A DNA stretch of 64,000 bases from Alphaproteobacteria bacterium (GTDB lineage: Bacteria > Pseudomonadota > Alphaproteobacteria > JAVJVX01), in assembly GCA_040220875.1 (NCBI GenBank), contig JAVJVX010000005.1:521665-585664 (forward strand), in the 5' to 3' direction. Shown in pieces: positions 1-10,181 of this stretch. The stretch's first letter is position 1. Each line of letters begins with the position of its first letter. A model generated the notes under the pieces. The model saw only the letters and a list, made by a program, of their open reading frames with translations. It had not been told where the DNA came from and searched no databases. The position numbers and the translations under genes were made by a program.

Positions 1-686
1 ATGCGCTTTGGTGGTCCGGCGTCGCCGCGGGTCTGTCCATCGGATTCTCCGCCATCGTCGAAGCGTTGCTCAGCGCCCATCTCCCCGACGCCCCGTGGCG
101 GCCCCTGGTCGACAATTTTGGCTACTGCGTTGGCTTTCTCATCGTTGTCCTGGGCCGACAGCAGCTCTTTACCGAAAGCACGATTACGGCGGTCCTGCCC
201 ACCGCCGCCGAGCCCACGCGCGACAACCTCCTCAACACGGCCCGTCTCTGGGGCATCGTGTTCCTCGCCAATATGGTGGGGACCTTTCTGATGGCTGCCG
301 CCCTCGTCCATATGGACATTTTCTCCCCCGCCACAAGCGCGGCGCTGCGCGATCTGTCCCTGCACATGATGTCGCCGAGCCCGGCCGGCATGTTTTTCCG
401 CGGGATCATAGCCGGCTGGCTGGTGGCGGCGATGGTCTGGCTGATCCCGAGCGCCGAGGCGGCGCGACTCTGGGTCGTGATCCTGATCACCTATCTGATT
501 GCGCTGGGCGATTTCACTCATATCGTCGCGGGGGCGGTGGAAGCCAATCTTCTGGTCCTGCTCGGGGACATAACGGCGGGCGAGATGGTGGTCCATTTTC
601 TGCTGCCCACCCTGGCTGGCAATATCGCGGGCGGGACGGCACTTTTCGCCCTGATCTCCTACGCCCAGGTGCGCGAGGAGCTTTAG
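1..686 (+). CDS. Formate/nitrite transporter (FNT) family channel, 5' end outside window
   Basis: Frame 3 is open from the window start. Translation (…ALWWSGVAAGLSIGFSAIVEALL… then ORF 66..686) is polytopic and hydrophobic, with FNT-like segments (GYCVGFLIVVLGRQQLFTES, FLANMVGTFLMAAAL, LAGNIAGGTALFAL). Confidence 0.75.
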   Translation, partial: ALWWSGVAAGLSIGFSAIVEALLSAHLPDAPWRPLVDNFGYCVGFLIVVLGRQQLFTESTITAVLPTAAEPTRDNLLNTARLWGIVFLANMVGTFLMAAALVHMDIFSPATSAALRDLSLHMMSPSPAGMFFRGIIAGWLVAAMVWLIPSAEAARLWVVILITYLIALGDFTHIVAGAVEANLLVLLGDITAGEMVVHFLLPTLAGNIAGGTALFALISYAQVREEL

Positions 687-694
687 CGGCGGAT

Positions 695-1885
695 CTAGTT
701 GGGATTTCCGGGCTGGATACCCCGGTTGGCCCGGGTGCAGAGCTTGCGCCAGGCCGTCGTGACGACATCCGGGCCGAATAGCCGCTCGCGGCGCCAACCA
801 TTCTCTTCGCCGTAAAAGCGCTCCATGGCCTCACGGGCGAAGACGTCCTCGTTGGTGAACTTGCCCGGCACGACATCGCGCCAGACATAGCGGACCTCGT
901 CGAAAAAGGCCTTCTTCTCCTGCTCGGTCCGGGTCTTGCGGCCCCAGGCGATAAAATAGCGGTGAGTCTTCTCCGTCACCGGCACATACCATTCGAAATG
1001 CACCGTATCGGGCGTGGGGAAGGGATCGACCCTGAGGCCGCACGGCATCCAGATCGTCACTTCGGGGATCATTCCTTCGAGGATACCCGGCTCGTCGGGC
1101 ATATAGCGGGCCGCGATGGTCACGCCCGGCTCCACCTCGGCCTCCCAGATGGGCCGGCCCGCGCCGCGGGTGAGCTTGACGCCCTTGGGTCCATCCCCCT
1201 CATAGACTTCGAGGCCATGCCCGTCGCCGAGGTCGGCGTCGCCGAGCACCGTCGGCACATGAAACCCCCGGACCAGGCCGGAATTCCGATGCATATAGGT
1301 ATGGGCAGGATCGAACCCGTTTTCCGCGCCAAGCCGCCAGTTGGCCTCGACGATGTTCGACCAGCCCTCGGGACAAAGCGTGAGATCGGGATCGAGAAAT
1401 CCCGGCTGCAGATCGTCGGCCAGCGGCGGCGGGTCGATATCGCCGATGAAGACGAAGACCATGCCTTTCTGCTCCTCGACCGGGTAGGTCTTGAGCGCGG
1501 CCTTGCCGATGAGCGGGCTCGTCGGATCGGTGATGATATGGGTGAGGTTGCCGTCGCGGATATCGTAGGTGAAGCCATGATACCAGCACGTCACCGAATG
1601 GGCGGCGTAGCACTCGAGGCGTTTCGATAATGGCACGCCCTTGTGCAGACATTGATCCTTGACGCAATACACCTTGCCGTCCAGGCGCCGGAAAAGCAGG
1701 TCCTCGCCCAGCATCGTGACGCTCCTGGCATGGCTGACCGGCTGGCCTTCGCGGTCGCTGACATCGGCTTCCGCCAACTCGTGGCTGAAAAACGCCGGAT
1801 ACCAGTGATTGCGAAAACCGAGAGCTGCGTCGATATAGGGCTCCCACGGCGTCGCCGCCCGGGCACGCTCCTTCTGCTCACTCAT
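695..1885 (-). CDS. Rieske [2Fe-2S] non-heme iron oxygenase, alpha-only type (about 396 aa)
   Basis: Rieske motif CVKDQCLHKG…CWYHGF near the N-terminus. The C-terminal catalytic domain has a His/Asp-rich mononuclear Fe region. RBS GGAGACAGGA lies upstream of the ATG at 1885. No beta-subunit gene is adjacent. Confidence 0.85.
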   Translation of the reverse strand: MSEQKERARAATPWEPYIDAALGFRNHWYPAFFSHELAEADVSDREGQPVSHARSVTMLGEDLLFRRLDGKVYCVKDQCLHKGVPLSKRLECYAAHSVTCWYHGFTYDIRDGNLTHIITDPTSPLIGKAALKTYPVEEQKGMVFVFIGDIDPPPLADDLQPGFLDPDLTLCPEGWSNIVEANWRLGAENGFDPAHTYMHRNSGLVRGFHVPTVLGDADLGDGHGLEVYEGDGPKGVKLTRGAGRPIWEAEVEPGVTIAARYMPDEPGILEGMIPEVTIWMPCGLRVDPFPTPDTVHFEWYVPVTEKTHRYFIAWGRKTRTEQEKKAFFDEVRYVWRDVVPGKFTNEDVFAREAMERFYGEENGWRRERLFGPDVVTTAWRKLCTRANRGIQPGNPN

Positions 1886-2087
1886 ATTGTCCTGTCTCCG
1901 CCCCTAAACCCACGTGCGAGAATCGCTCTTTGGCGCTTGCCCGGTATCCAGCCTAGACCGGGAAGCCGGCCCCTGTCAAGCCGGAGCCTAGGGGATATCA
2001 CGGAGGCATACGGCATCATTTGCCCCGGCCGTGAGTAGTTTCTAATGTTCGAGAGAATTCTGAGTGGAACGAGGGGAGGAGTACAAC

Positions 2088-2810
2088 ATGGCGACTTACG
2101 TCTTGGTGCATGGCGCTTTCATGGGAGCCTGGTTCTGGGAGGATATGGCACGCCGGCTGGAAGCGGCCGGCCATCGGGCGATCGCACCGGATTTGCCGAG
2201 CCAGGGCAGGGACACGCAGCCGGTCGCCGGGATCGGGCTCGATGATTATGTGAACCGCATCAGCGCGATAATTGATGACGAGGATGAGCCCGTCATCCTG
2301 GTCGGCCACAGCCTGGGCGGGCTGACCATCTCGCAAACAGCGGAGCGTCGCCCCGACAGGATCAGGAAACTGGTCTATGTCGCGGCCTTCCTGCTGCCCG
2401 ATGGCAGCAGCCCGCGAAAATTCTACGAAGATCTGGGCGTACCGTCGCCGGTGATGGGCGCCTCTATCATGCATGAGGACGGGACGGTCGATCTCAAGCC
2501 CGAGGCAATGGAGGAGATCATCTTCAATACCTCACCCGCCTGGCTGATCGAAGCGGCCATGGACCATTTGAAACCCACGTCGCGCAAGCCCATGGCCACG
2601 CCGCTCGAATTGAGTGACGGGAATTTCGGCCGCGTGCCGCGCGTATATATCGAGGCACTTCAGGACAAATCCATCCCGATCAAATATCAGCGCATGATGG
2701 TGGAGGCGCTGCCTTGCGCGACGGTGATCACCATGGACACCGACCATTCGCCGATGTTTTCGGCCCCCGACGAACTGGAACGCCACCTGCTGGACGTGGC
2801 GAAGGGCTAA
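2088..2810 (+). CDS. Alpha/beta-fold hydrolase (esterase/methylesterase-like)
   Basis: N-terminal VLVHGAF followed by the nucleophile elbow GHSLGG. RBS GGGAGGAG lies 6 nt before the ATG at 2088; the tracked ORF starts at an upstream GTG at 2064. Confidence 0.8.
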   Translation: MATYVLVHGAFMGAWFWEDMARRLEAAGHRAIAPDLPSQGRDTQPVAGIGLDDYVNRISAIIDDEDEPVILVGHSLGGLTISQTAERRPDRIRKLVYVAAFLLPDGSSPRKFYEDLGVPSPVMGASIMHEDGTVDLKPEAMEEIIFNTSPAWLIEAAMDHLKPTSRKPMATPLELSDGNFGRVPRVYIEALQDKSIPIKYQRMMVEALPCATVITMDTDHSPMFSAPDELERHLLDVAKG

Positions 2811-2832
2811 GGAGGGCCAGCGCCGACACGCC

Positions 2833-3891
2833 TCAGGTCACGATGGCGACATGCTCGAAACCGCTTGAAACCTGTGTCGCCGCATCGAGTGCCTCGGCCG
2901 CCTGGTCGAGCGGAAACACCTTGGCCGATGTCGCCGAAAGGTCGAGGGCGCCCGAGCCGATCAGGCGCAGCAACTCTTCCGTCATGTCGTAAGGGAACCA
3001 TTCGGATCCCCGAATCGTCAGCTTGCGCCCGATCATCATCGTCGCATAATCCACCGGGATGGTGGCGTCCAGCCCGCCGATCAGCACGGCGTGGCCTTCG
3101 ATGCCGAGCGCATCGATGGCCGCCCGCGTCGGCCGCGCATCCTGGGTGAACCCCGTCGCATCCACGAAGAGATTCGCCTGCCCGGCGACGGACAGGATAT
3201 CGGCAGCAGCAACCCCCTTGGCCGTGGAGACCGCCCTGACCCGACCGGGCGCCAGGCCTTCCAGCCGCTCGAGTGCAGCCGGCTTGCGGCCCATGGCGAT
3301 GATGGTCGAGGCCCCCATGGCGAGGAGCAGCAGGACCGCTGATACCCCCAGCGCCCCCGTTGCCCCGTTGACAATGGCAACGTGACCCGGCCGGAATGCG
3401 CCGCGCTTGATGGCGTAATAGGCCGTCCCGATATAGCCGAAACGGCTCAGCACGGCGGGATCGACCTTCTCGGCTGCGCCAAGGGGGGTGACGCATTCCG
3501 CCGGCAGGAGAAACTTCTCTGCAAAGCACCCGTTCGGCCATTCCTTCAGGACCGCTTCGCCGCCCGGCATCGGCGCCGCCAGCCCGACATAGCCGCCAAG
3601 CCCGGAAACGCCCTTCAGCGTCACCCAGTCATCGCAGTAGACCTTCTGGCCTGCTTCCAGCCCGTGCACGTCCTCGGCCACCGCCTCGACGGTGCCGATA
3701 GCGTCCGTACCCGGAATATAGGGCGGCGGCGGAAGCGGAAACGGCACCCGGCCTTCGGTAAACTCCTTCATCGGTGCCGGCACGAAGCCGGCATCCACCC
3801 GCACGATGACACATCCCGGCCGGAGCACCGGGTCGTCAACTTCCTCGACCCTGGCGGGGGTGGCGAAATCGCGAACGAGAAGCGCCTTCAT
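2833..3891 (-). CDS. Zn-dependent medium-chain dehydrogenase/reductase (MDR, quinone-oxidoreductase-like)
   Basis: GroES-like N-terminal domain and a Rossmann segment IVNGATGALGVSAVLL. Its start overlaps the upstream Rieske gene stop by 4 nt, so it is probably in the same operon. Confidence 0.85.
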   Translation of the reverse strand: MKALLVRDFATPARVEEVDDPVLRPGCVIVRVDAGFVPAPMKEFTEGRVPFPLPPPPYIPGTDAIGTVEAVAEDVHGLEAGQKVYCDDWVTLKGVSGLGGYVGLAAPMPGGEAVLKEWPNGCFAEKFLLPAECVTPLGAAEKVDPAVLSRFGYIGTAYYAIKRGAFRPGHVAIVNGATGALGVSAVLLLLAMGASTIIAMGRKPAALERLEGLAPGRVRAVSTAKGVAAADILSVAGQANLFVDATGFTQDARPTRAAIDALGIEGHAVLIGGLDATIPVDYATMMIGRKLTIRGSEWFPYDMTEELLRLIGSGALDLSATSAKVFPLDQAAEALDAATQVSSGFEHVAIVT

Positions 3892-5048
3892 GAGATTTTC
3901 CCCCCACCCTCGAGTTCGGCCGCATAGGCCCGGAAGCGTGTCACCAGCCAGCGGTTGAAATGAATGAGCGGCGTCTCCAGATATCCGTACCGGCCGCCAT
4001 AAACGAAGCGCGATCGCCGGCCCTCCTGAACCGCGCGGTTGGCCGTGATGTCCTGATCGTTGATCTCGTTGAAATCCTCGAGGACCTTTTCGAGAGTCTC
4101 CTCGAAATCGGGCCGCTTGACGGTGCTTTCGGGATAGAGGAAGCCAACTCGCAGCGTGATGTTCTCGGGTCCGGCCGGACGGATAATGAAATAGAAGGCG
4201 CCGTCGGGCAGCGTGGTGAAAAGCATGTTGGGCGGTACAACGCTGAACATGACCCGCCAGCGGTCTTCCTCCGTCAAGCTCTCGAGTACGGGAAACATGC
4301 TCTTGCCCGTCCGGGTGAAATTGGCGTCCCTGTGGGTAAAGGCCGTGGGCGAGAAGATGGCTCCGTCATCCTCCGGATCCCAGTCGGGAAAAGTCGCGTT
4401 CCGGTTCGGCGCCATGTCATGATAACCCCTGTGAGCGACGGCGGTGTGGTAGGGCTCGACGCCGTTCTCCTGCATCCATTTCCAGTTCCACGGATTATCC
4501 GGGATATCGATGGGCGGCAGGGCGACGAGGTCGGCCAGGCGATGATTCTTCACTTCCGCCGTCAGCCGCTTCAGCCGGGACGCGAGCGGGCGGGCCGTGC
4601 CGCTCAGATTGACAAAGATAAAGCCGTTCCAGATCTCACTGCGCAGAGTTGGCAGGCAGTGATCCTCCCGCAGCTCGTCGAGCGAGGCTGTCCGTTCCAT
4701 TTGCGGGGCCGACAACAATTCTCCGTCGAGGCCGTAGACCCAGCCATGATAAGGGCAGGTGAACTGCCGGGCGTTACCGCCCGCCTCGCCCAGGATATGC
4801 CCGCGATGGCGGCAGACCGCGGGCATCACCCGGATTTCACCGTCGTTGCCGTGCACGACGAGGAACGGGTCATCGTTGATTTCGATCGTGAAATAATCTC
4901 CCGGCCTGGGCACCGTGCCGTGATGGCCGAGACAGATCCAGTCCCGATCCCAGACGGCACGTTTTTCGAATTCGAACCATTCGGCCGAAGTGTAGCAGGC
5001 CGCCGGTAACGGCCGCGCCGTCTCGAAATCCTCGGTCGCGCTATCCAT
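3888..5048 (-). CDS. Rieske non-heme iron oxygenase, alpha-only type (about 386 aa)
   Basis: Rieske motif CRHRGHILG…CPYHGW. The start was reassigned to the internal ATG at 5046-5048 (MDSATEDF…). The listed ORF extends to 5873 only because the frame is open in GC-rich DNA. Confidence 0.8.
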   Translation of the reverse strand: MDSATEDFETARPLPAACYTSAEWFEFEKRAVWDRDWICLGHHGTVPRPGDYFTIEINDDPFLVVHGNDGEIRVMPAVCRHRGHILGEAGGNARQFTCPYHGWVYGLDGELLSAPQMERTASLDELREDHCLPTLRSEIWNGFIFVNLSGTARPLASRLKRLTAEVKNHRLADLVALPPIDIPDNPWNWKWMQENGVEPYHTAVAHRGYHDMAPNRNATFPDWDPEDDGAIFSPTAFTHRDANFTRTGKSMFPVLESLTEEDRWRVMFSVVPPNMLFTTLPDGAFYFIIRPAGPENITLRVGFLYPESTVKRPDFEETLEKVLEDFNEINDQDITANRAVQEGRRSRFVYGGRYGYLETPLIHFNRWLVTRFRAYAAELEGGGKIS

Positions 5049-5330
5049 GCCGGCGAGAAGCTCGCGCAGCACCGGCGAAAGACGAAAATCATCGTCAGGT
5101 GCAGAGTTGAAGCCCAAGGCCTTTCCCCCTTTGTTCAATAGTGCCGATTTGACCGGCGGGTCCGCTTCACGCCGCGCGGCAGGTCTGCCGGAATTGGTCG
5201 TTTTTCCGGATCGCGGGATGTTAGGATGCATGGTAGCGACGGCCCCGGCGGCGTGCAACGCGAATGGCAGGGGCGGTCCGGGATCTGAAATCGCAGCAAC
5301 AGAATTACGGATTTTTGGCAGGGAGGAATC

Positions 5331-5744
5331 ATGGCTCGCAAAACAGCGGTCCACAACGACCGCGCGCCGGATATGCGCGGGTTCTTCAATTGGGGATTGA
5401 AGATTTCCGACATGGACGAATTGTTCATCGCCACGGGACGGCCCGCCTGGGCGGCGGACGGTTCGGTCGTGAGCCCCGGCGATGCAGTGCGCCAGACGCA
5501 ATATATCCTTGAGGACATGGAGAAGTTTCTTGCCGAAGCCGGCTATGCGAAAGATGACCTGATCCGGATTGAATATACGTTCACCAAAGAGGTGGGCGAG
5601 GATCAGTACGAGGCAGTCTTCCGTGTTTTTGCCGACTGGCTCAAGGACGTAGCGGTGAAACCCGCCGCCAGCACACTCCGGATCGTTGACGGCCTCGCCC
5701 TGGCCGGCCTCGTCGTCGAATACGAATTCTGGACCGCGAAATAA
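5331..5744 (+). CDS. RidA/YjgF-like (Rid family) protein
   Basis: 137 aa with an RidA-like C-terminal region (…TLRIVDGLALAGLVVEYEF). RBS GGGAGGAA lies immediately upstream of the ATG. It is divergent from the Rieske gene. Confidence 0.7.
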   Translation: MARKTAVHNDRAPDMRGFFNWGLKISDMDELFIATGRPAWAADGSVVSPGDAVRQTQYILEDMEKFLAEAGYAKDDLIRIEYTFTKEVGEDQYEAVFRVFADWLKDVAVKPAASTLRIVDGLALAGLVVEYEFWTAK

Positions 5745-5803
5745 AACGCGAAATAAAAAATGCCGCGGGGCCCCGGGCCCAGCGATTGTCCGGATGCGCG
5801 ACG

Positions 5804-5825
5804 CCCGGCCCCGATCGGGGCCGGG
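5804..5825 (+). terminator. GC-rich hairpin downstream of the RidA-like gene
   Basis: Perfect inverted repeat cccggcccc-gatc-ggggccggg, preceded by an A-rich stretch. There is no U-tract, so this is tentative. Confidence 0.3.
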
Positions 5826-6026
5826 GTTCAGCGTTGCAAATTTGCGACATCCCGTCACTTTCTCCCGAAACACCGTTCACGATCCGTGTGATCGCATTGA
5901 AGGCCCGGCGCGCTCCGCGTTAGGTGTGGGAGAGGCCCCCGCGACCCGCGGCGATGTGACGAGCGCCGCCGGACCTGATCGTTGGTGGGAAAAACAATCA
6001 AAGATAGATAATGATTAGGAGTTTTC

Positions 6027-6698
6027 ATGACGGGCATTCGCGCCACGGCCGCTGTTGCGGCGACTTTCCTTTTTGCGCCGGCGCTGGCGCAGGCGCAGGA
6101 CGATACGCACTGGTTCAAGAAAGAGAGCGTCTACGCCTTCGGTACCGCTGGCTACAGCATTCTTGAGGATTCGAGCGTGACCAGTTCGGCTGGCAACGCC
6201 GAAATCGAAACCGATGGCGGTTGGGGGGTTCTCGGCGGTCTCGGCTACGATATCGGCCCTGTCCGGCTGGAGCTGGAAGGCAATGCCCGGTCCAACGAGG
6301 CCGATCAGGTCTCGGTTCTGGGTACCAGCGCGAGCGGAGACATCGATTCCTACGGGCTCATGGCCAATCTGTGGCTGGACTGGGATATGCGCCAGGAAAC
6401 CGGCATGCCCCTGATTCCCTATCTCGGCGGTGGGCTCGGCTGGGCACATCTCGAGGCGGACGGCATCGCCACCGGGGGCACGACGCTGGTCGACGATTCC
6501 GACGACCAGGTGGCCTTCCAGTGGGGAACCGGGTTTGCCTACGGTCTCGGGGAGAATGTCCAGTTAACGGTCGATTACCGCTATTACATTGCGTCCGACC
6601 CCGAGTTTACCGACACGGCCGGCGGCCGCGCCGAGCTCGACTACGACAGCCACCTGATCGGGGCCGGGCTGCGCTGGTATTTCAACCCGCGCAGCTAG
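6027..6698 (+). CDS. Outer-membrane beta-barrel protein (OmpW/OmpA-like small porin family)
   Basis: Signal peptide ending ALAQAQ. Alternating amphipathic beta-strand pattern, Gly/Tyr-rich, ending in a C-terminal Phe-containing strand (RWYFNPRS). Confidence 0.65.
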   Translation: MTGIRATAAVAATFLFAPALAQAQDDTHWFKKESVYAFGTAGYSILEDSSVTSSAGNAEIETDGGWGVLGGLGYDIGPVRLELEGNARSNEADQVSVLGTSASGDIDSYGLMANLWLDWDMRQETGMPLIPYLGGGLGWAHLEADGIATGGTTLVDDSDDQVAFQWGTGFAYGLGENVQLTVDYRYYIASDPEFTDTAGGRAELDYDSHLIGAGLRWYFNPRS

Positions 6699-6713
6699 CC
6701 GACAACGACGGGA

Positions 6714-6757
6714 GCGGGGTGCGAGATGGCGGAAAACCGGCCGCGCACCCCCGCTTT
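6714..6757 (+). terminator. Putative intrinsic terminator after the OMP gene
   Basis: Inverted repeat gcggggtgcg … cgcacccccgc followed by ttt. Confidence 0.35.
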
Positions 6758-6865
6758 CCCGGACATCCGGCGCCGCCACAGGCGGACGCCCCTTGCCAAT
6801 CCGATCTGCCCGCCTCATCTTTCCGGTCATCGCCATCGGACCGGGACAGAGGGAGATTCGCGGGC

Positions 6866-7333
6866 ATGAGCCTGAGCACAGACGAGGCACGCATCCAGCG
6901 TTGCTACGAATTGGCGCTGCGCGCGGTGCAGCACGGCAGCGAGCCCTTCGGCGCGCTGCTGGTCAAGGACGACACCATCATCATGGAGGCGGAAAACGCG
7001 ACCCGGAAGGGCGAAGACCCGACGCGCCACGCCGAGACGGAGCTGCTTGACCGGGCGCTCCGCGAACTCGGCATCGATGGTGTCCGCGGCGCCACAATCT
7101 ATACCAGCACGGAGCCGTGCCTCATGTGCTGCGGCAAAATGTATTGGGCGGGTCTCGCGCGACTCGTGTTCGGAGTCCGTATTTCAGAGTTGCGCAAGCT
7201 CATGGATTTCGACTACCGGCTGACCGCCGACGGACTTTTTGAGAGCATGAGCCCGCGAATTCCCGTCTCCGGTCCAGTGCTGGAGGCCGATGGCCTGGCG
7301 CAGCACCGCACCTTCTGGACCGCGCGCGACTAA
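6866..7333 (+). CDS. CMP/dCMP-type nucleoside/nucleotide deaminase (guanine/tRNA-adenosine deaminase-like)
   Basis: Zinc-binding motifs HAE and PCLMC. The start is the internal ATG at 6866 with RBS GGGAGA. The long upstream extension in ORF 6221..7333 is a GC artefact overlapping the OMP gene. Confidence 0.8.
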   Translation: MSLSTDEARIQRCYELALRAVQHGSEPFGALLVKDDTIIMEAENATRKGEDPTRHAETELLDRALRELGIDGVRGATIYTSTEPCLMCCGKMYWAGLARLVFGVRISELRKLMDFDYRLTADGLFESMSPRIPVSGPVLEADGLAQHRTFWTARD

Positions 7334-8049
7334 ACGGCGCCTTCCGCCACGTTGCGCGTTCCAAACCGGTCGAGCGCCGCGGTTGCTTCCTCGCGGGTCA
7401 TCACGTCGCCGAATTGCTGAATGATGTTCTCGAGCGCGGCCTGATGCTCGCGCTCCGAGAGCGCAGCACAGCAATCACGCAACATCACCACATCAAAATC
7501 CATCATCATCGCGTCCCGCGCCGTCGTCTCGCAGCAGATATTTGTCTTGGTTCCGGCGATAAAAAGGCTTCTGAACCCTCGGCTCCGGAGCATGCGCTCC
7601 AATGGCGAAGATCCGGGGATGAGCGCGCTGTAGCGGTTCTTGATTATGAATACGTCGCCTTCGCCAGGCTCCAGCTCGGGCCAGAGCTTCTGGCCCGGCG
7701 CCTCGGGGCGCAGGCTTTGGATGGTGCGCGTGCGCACCTCGTCGGAGACGAAGCGGTTGAAGAACCCGTCCCAGTCGCTGCCCCCCTCGCCGACCGGCTG
7801 GTTGGCGTGAACCACCCAGATCACCGTGCCGCCCCGCTCACGCAATGCAGCCGCGAACTCGTTGATATTCCCGACAATTCCCCGCGAGGCCGGAACCTCG
7901 GCCGGGCTCCCCTCGGCGACGAAAGTGGGCTGCATGTCGATCACCACGAGTGCGGCGCGCGAAGCGTCGATGGCATCAAACAAATGGTAGCGGCCCCGGC
8001 GCGCGATAACACGGTCGGCGACCTCCTTGCTGACATCCGAGTCATGCAT
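7330..8049 (-). CDS. Isochorismatase-family cysteine hydrolase
   Basis: Catalytic region NICCETTARDA and a conserved Asp/Lys context. Its stop overlaps the convergent deaminase gene stop by 4 nt. Confidence 0.85.
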   Translation of the reverse strand: MHDSDVSKEVADRVIARRGRYHLFDAIDASRAALVVIDMQPTFVAEGSPAEVPASRGIVGNINEFAAALRERGGTVIWVVHANQPVGEGGSDWDGFFNRFVSDEVRTRTIQSLRPEAPGQKLWPELEPGEGDVFIIKNRYSALIPGSSPLERMLRSRGFRSLFIAGTKTNICCETTARDAMMMDFDVVMLRDCCAALSEREHQAALENIIQQFGDVMTREEATAALDRFGTRNVAEGAV

Positions 8050-8064
8050 GCCGCTGCTCCTTCA

Positions 8065-8349
8065 TCAGACCTTGATTCGATCCTCAAGAAAGGGATCGCC
8101 CTGCGTCGCCGTCTCCGCATCGAGCAGCGTGCCACAGGACGGACAGAAGAACCGGCGCACCACCACATCATCGGCGGTGGTATAGATCCCATCCACCTGA
8201 TTGAGCGGCGCCTCGTCGAGACGGGCCTTCTCCTTCCATGACTGGCTGACGGGCGCGATCGCCGTTTTGCAGGCGGCGCAGGCTGTCATCCAGACCTGGC
8301 CCTTTTCCTGCGTGGCCACGAGGCTGGCCGAAAGTCGCTTTGTGTTCAT
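8065..8349 (-). CDS. Small Zn-ribbon protein, putative third subunit of a hydantoinase/acetone-carboxylase-type complex
   Basis: 94 aa with two Cys pairs (CAACK … CPSCG). Its start overlaps the stop of the hydantoinase-B gene by 4 nt, which suggests translational coupling. Confidence 0.5.
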   Translation of the reverse strand: MNTKRLSASLVATQEKGQVWMTACAACKTAIAPVSQSWKEKARLDEAPLNQVDGIYTTADDVVVRRFFCPSCGTLLDAETATQGDPFLEDRIKV

Positions 8350-10178
8350 TCCGCAGCCTCCGCCCGAAGCCGATCATCACGCATCTGCTGCCGCCGCTCG
8401 GCCGTCGCCGCCTGATCGACCCGGCCGGAAACCGGATCGGCGACCACGCCATAGAGCCTGAGGGCCGAATCGGCCGAGACCGCACCAAGCCGCAGATCCG
8501 TCTCGACCGCGGCCACCTCGCGCGCCAGAGGATCGCCAAACCCGCCGCCGCCATTCCAGCGCACATAGAGCCCGTCATCCGCGTCGAGCCCATAGAGGCC
8601 CCAGGAGATCCGCTCCGACTGGCCAACCATCTCATCGAGCGAGGCCGGCAGAGGCCCGCGATTGGATGGCCCCGACAGCACGTTCTTGACCTTGACGTAG
8701 TTCGACGGCCCGCCCGGCAGGCCACCCGCCAGCCCCTCGCTCATGGGACAGGTAATGCCCTTGCCCGAGATGACGAAACCGATCCCGCCCGCGGGCGAGC
8801 CATGGGGCACGATCGCGTATTCGGCGCCCATGCCGCCGCGATACTCACCGGCCCCGCCCGAATCGGGCATCATGCGCCGGAACAGGTAGAGGACGGGAAA
8901 TTCCGATTCCATCTGTTCCACATTGGCCATGCGCGAAATCGGGTTGGGCACTTCACCGCCCACATCGATCCCATCGGCGAAACTGCGGGCCCCGCCAGCG
9001 CCGCCGAAGGTCTCGGTCATGATCCCGATGGCGTCCTCGTTTCGCTGGTTCTTGCCGAAAAGGAACAGCGCCACGTGGCTGCCGTGCCAGACCGCGGTCG
9101 CTTCGTCCGCCAGGGTTTCACTGGCCGACAGCATCTTCGAGATGCAGGTCACGCTGGCATTGTTTACCGACTGGATGGCGCCCACCGTCGCAACGGAAAC
9201 CGGCGCCGGTCGTGTGCAGTTCACGATCGTGCCCTCGGGCGCGATCATGCGGATAGGCCGGATGACGCCCTCGTTCCAGGTGATGTCGTAGCAAAGCAAG
9301 GGGAAGATCGGCGCAAACATGCCCCCCCAGGCGGCCCAGTAGGCGCAGTTGACGCCATAGGCGGTCTGCGGACTGGAGCCGGAAAAATCGAAGGTCAACT
9401 CGTCGCCCGTCTTGGTCATGGTGAGCTCGACCCGGAAGCGCTCGCCCTTGAGTTCAAGAAACTGGCGCGACTGCCACTGGCCGTCCGGGAGTTCGCGGAG
9501 CCGGGCACGCAGACGCTCTTCCGACTGGCTGACAAGCCGTCTGCAGGCGTCGTCCACCTGCGCCACGCCGTATTTATCGACCAGCTCGGTCATGCGCTCA
9601 CGCGCGACGTTGTTGCAGGCGATCATGGACCGGATATCGAGCGCCACCATTTCGGACGACCGGACCATGTTCAGCATCGTGTTCAACACGTCATGGCGTA
9701 TCCGCCCCCGGTCCACCAGCTTGATCCCGGGCGAGGAAAATCCCTCGGTAAAAACATCGGTGGAATCCGGGCTGAACCCGCCGGGATTGAGTGCTCCGAT
9801 ATCATAGACGTGGACGAAGCAGGCACTCCATGCGACGAGCTCGCCCTCGTAGTGGATCGGTGCGACGAGATAGACATCCGATGTATGCAGCGCTGCCGTA
9901 TAGGGATCGTTGAGCAGGAACACATCGCCTTCGAAGATATCGCCCTCGAAGTTCCGGATAATGTGCTTGCAGGCCTGGCTGGCACTGGTCAGATGGTGCA
10001 GGAAACCCACGCCACCCATCAGCAGTTCACCCTTCGCCGAGTAAAGGGACACCATCAGGTCATGTCCCTCGTTGGTGATGGCGCTGCCCGAGACATGCTT
10101 GAGCGTGATGACCGCCTCGTCCACGACGCGAAACAGTCGATGGCGAATGATTTCGAAGGTAATGGGATCGAAGGACAT
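8346..10178 (-). CDS. Hydantoinase B / oxoprolinase family protein (HyuB-like)
   Basis: N-terminal DPITFEIIRHRL… is a typical HyuB start. 610 aa. Located directly after the hydantoinase-A gene. Confidence 0.85.
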   Translation of the reverse strand: MSFDPITFEIIRHRLFRVVDEAVITLKHVSGSAITNEGHDLMVSLYSAKGELLMGGVGFLHHLTSASQACKHIIRNFEGDIFEGDVFLLNDPYTAALHTSDVYLVAPIHYEGELVAWSACFVHVYDIGALNPGGFSPDSTDVFTEGFSSPGIKLVDRGRIRHDVLNTMLNMVRSSEMVALDIRSMIACNNVARERMTELVDKYGVAQVDDACRRLVSQSEERLRARLRELPDGQWQSRQFLELKGERFRVELTMTKTGDELTFDFSGSSPQTAYGVNCAYWAAWGGMFAPIFPLLCYDITWNEGVIRPIRMIAPEGTIVNCTRPAPVSVATVGAIQSVNNASVTCISKMLSASETLADEATAVWHGSHVALFLFGKNQRNEDAIGIMTETFGGAGGARSFADGIDVGGEVPNPISRMANVEQMESEFPVLYLFRRMMPDSGGAGEYRGGMGAEYAIVPHGSPAGGIGFVISGKGITCPMSEGLAGGLPGGPSNYVKVKNVLSGPSNRGPLPASLDEMVGQSERISWGLYGLDADDGLYVRWNGGGGFGDPLAREVAAVETDLRLGAVSADSALRLYGVVADPVSGRVDQAATAERRQQMRDDRLRAEAAE

Positions 10179-10181
10179 AGC

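Noticed and set aside
3960-5009. 349-aa plus-strand ORF
   Set aside because: Antisense to Rieske oxygenase 2. No motifs. GC artefact.
5049-5873. Upstream 275-codon extension of the Rieske oxygenase 2 ORF
   Set aside because: The frame is open but the translation is junk and overlaps the real divergent RidA gene. The true start is the ATG at 5046-5048 followed by the Rieske fold.
6221-6865. N-terminal 215 codons of ORF 6221..7333
   Set aside because: Arg/Gly-rich reverse-frame-like sequence overlapping the OMP gene. The deaminase domain begins at the internal ATG with its own RBS.
7330-7333. 4-nt overlap of convergent deaminase and isochorismatase genes
   Set aside because: This is an ordinary convergent stop-codon overlap with no functional implication visible.
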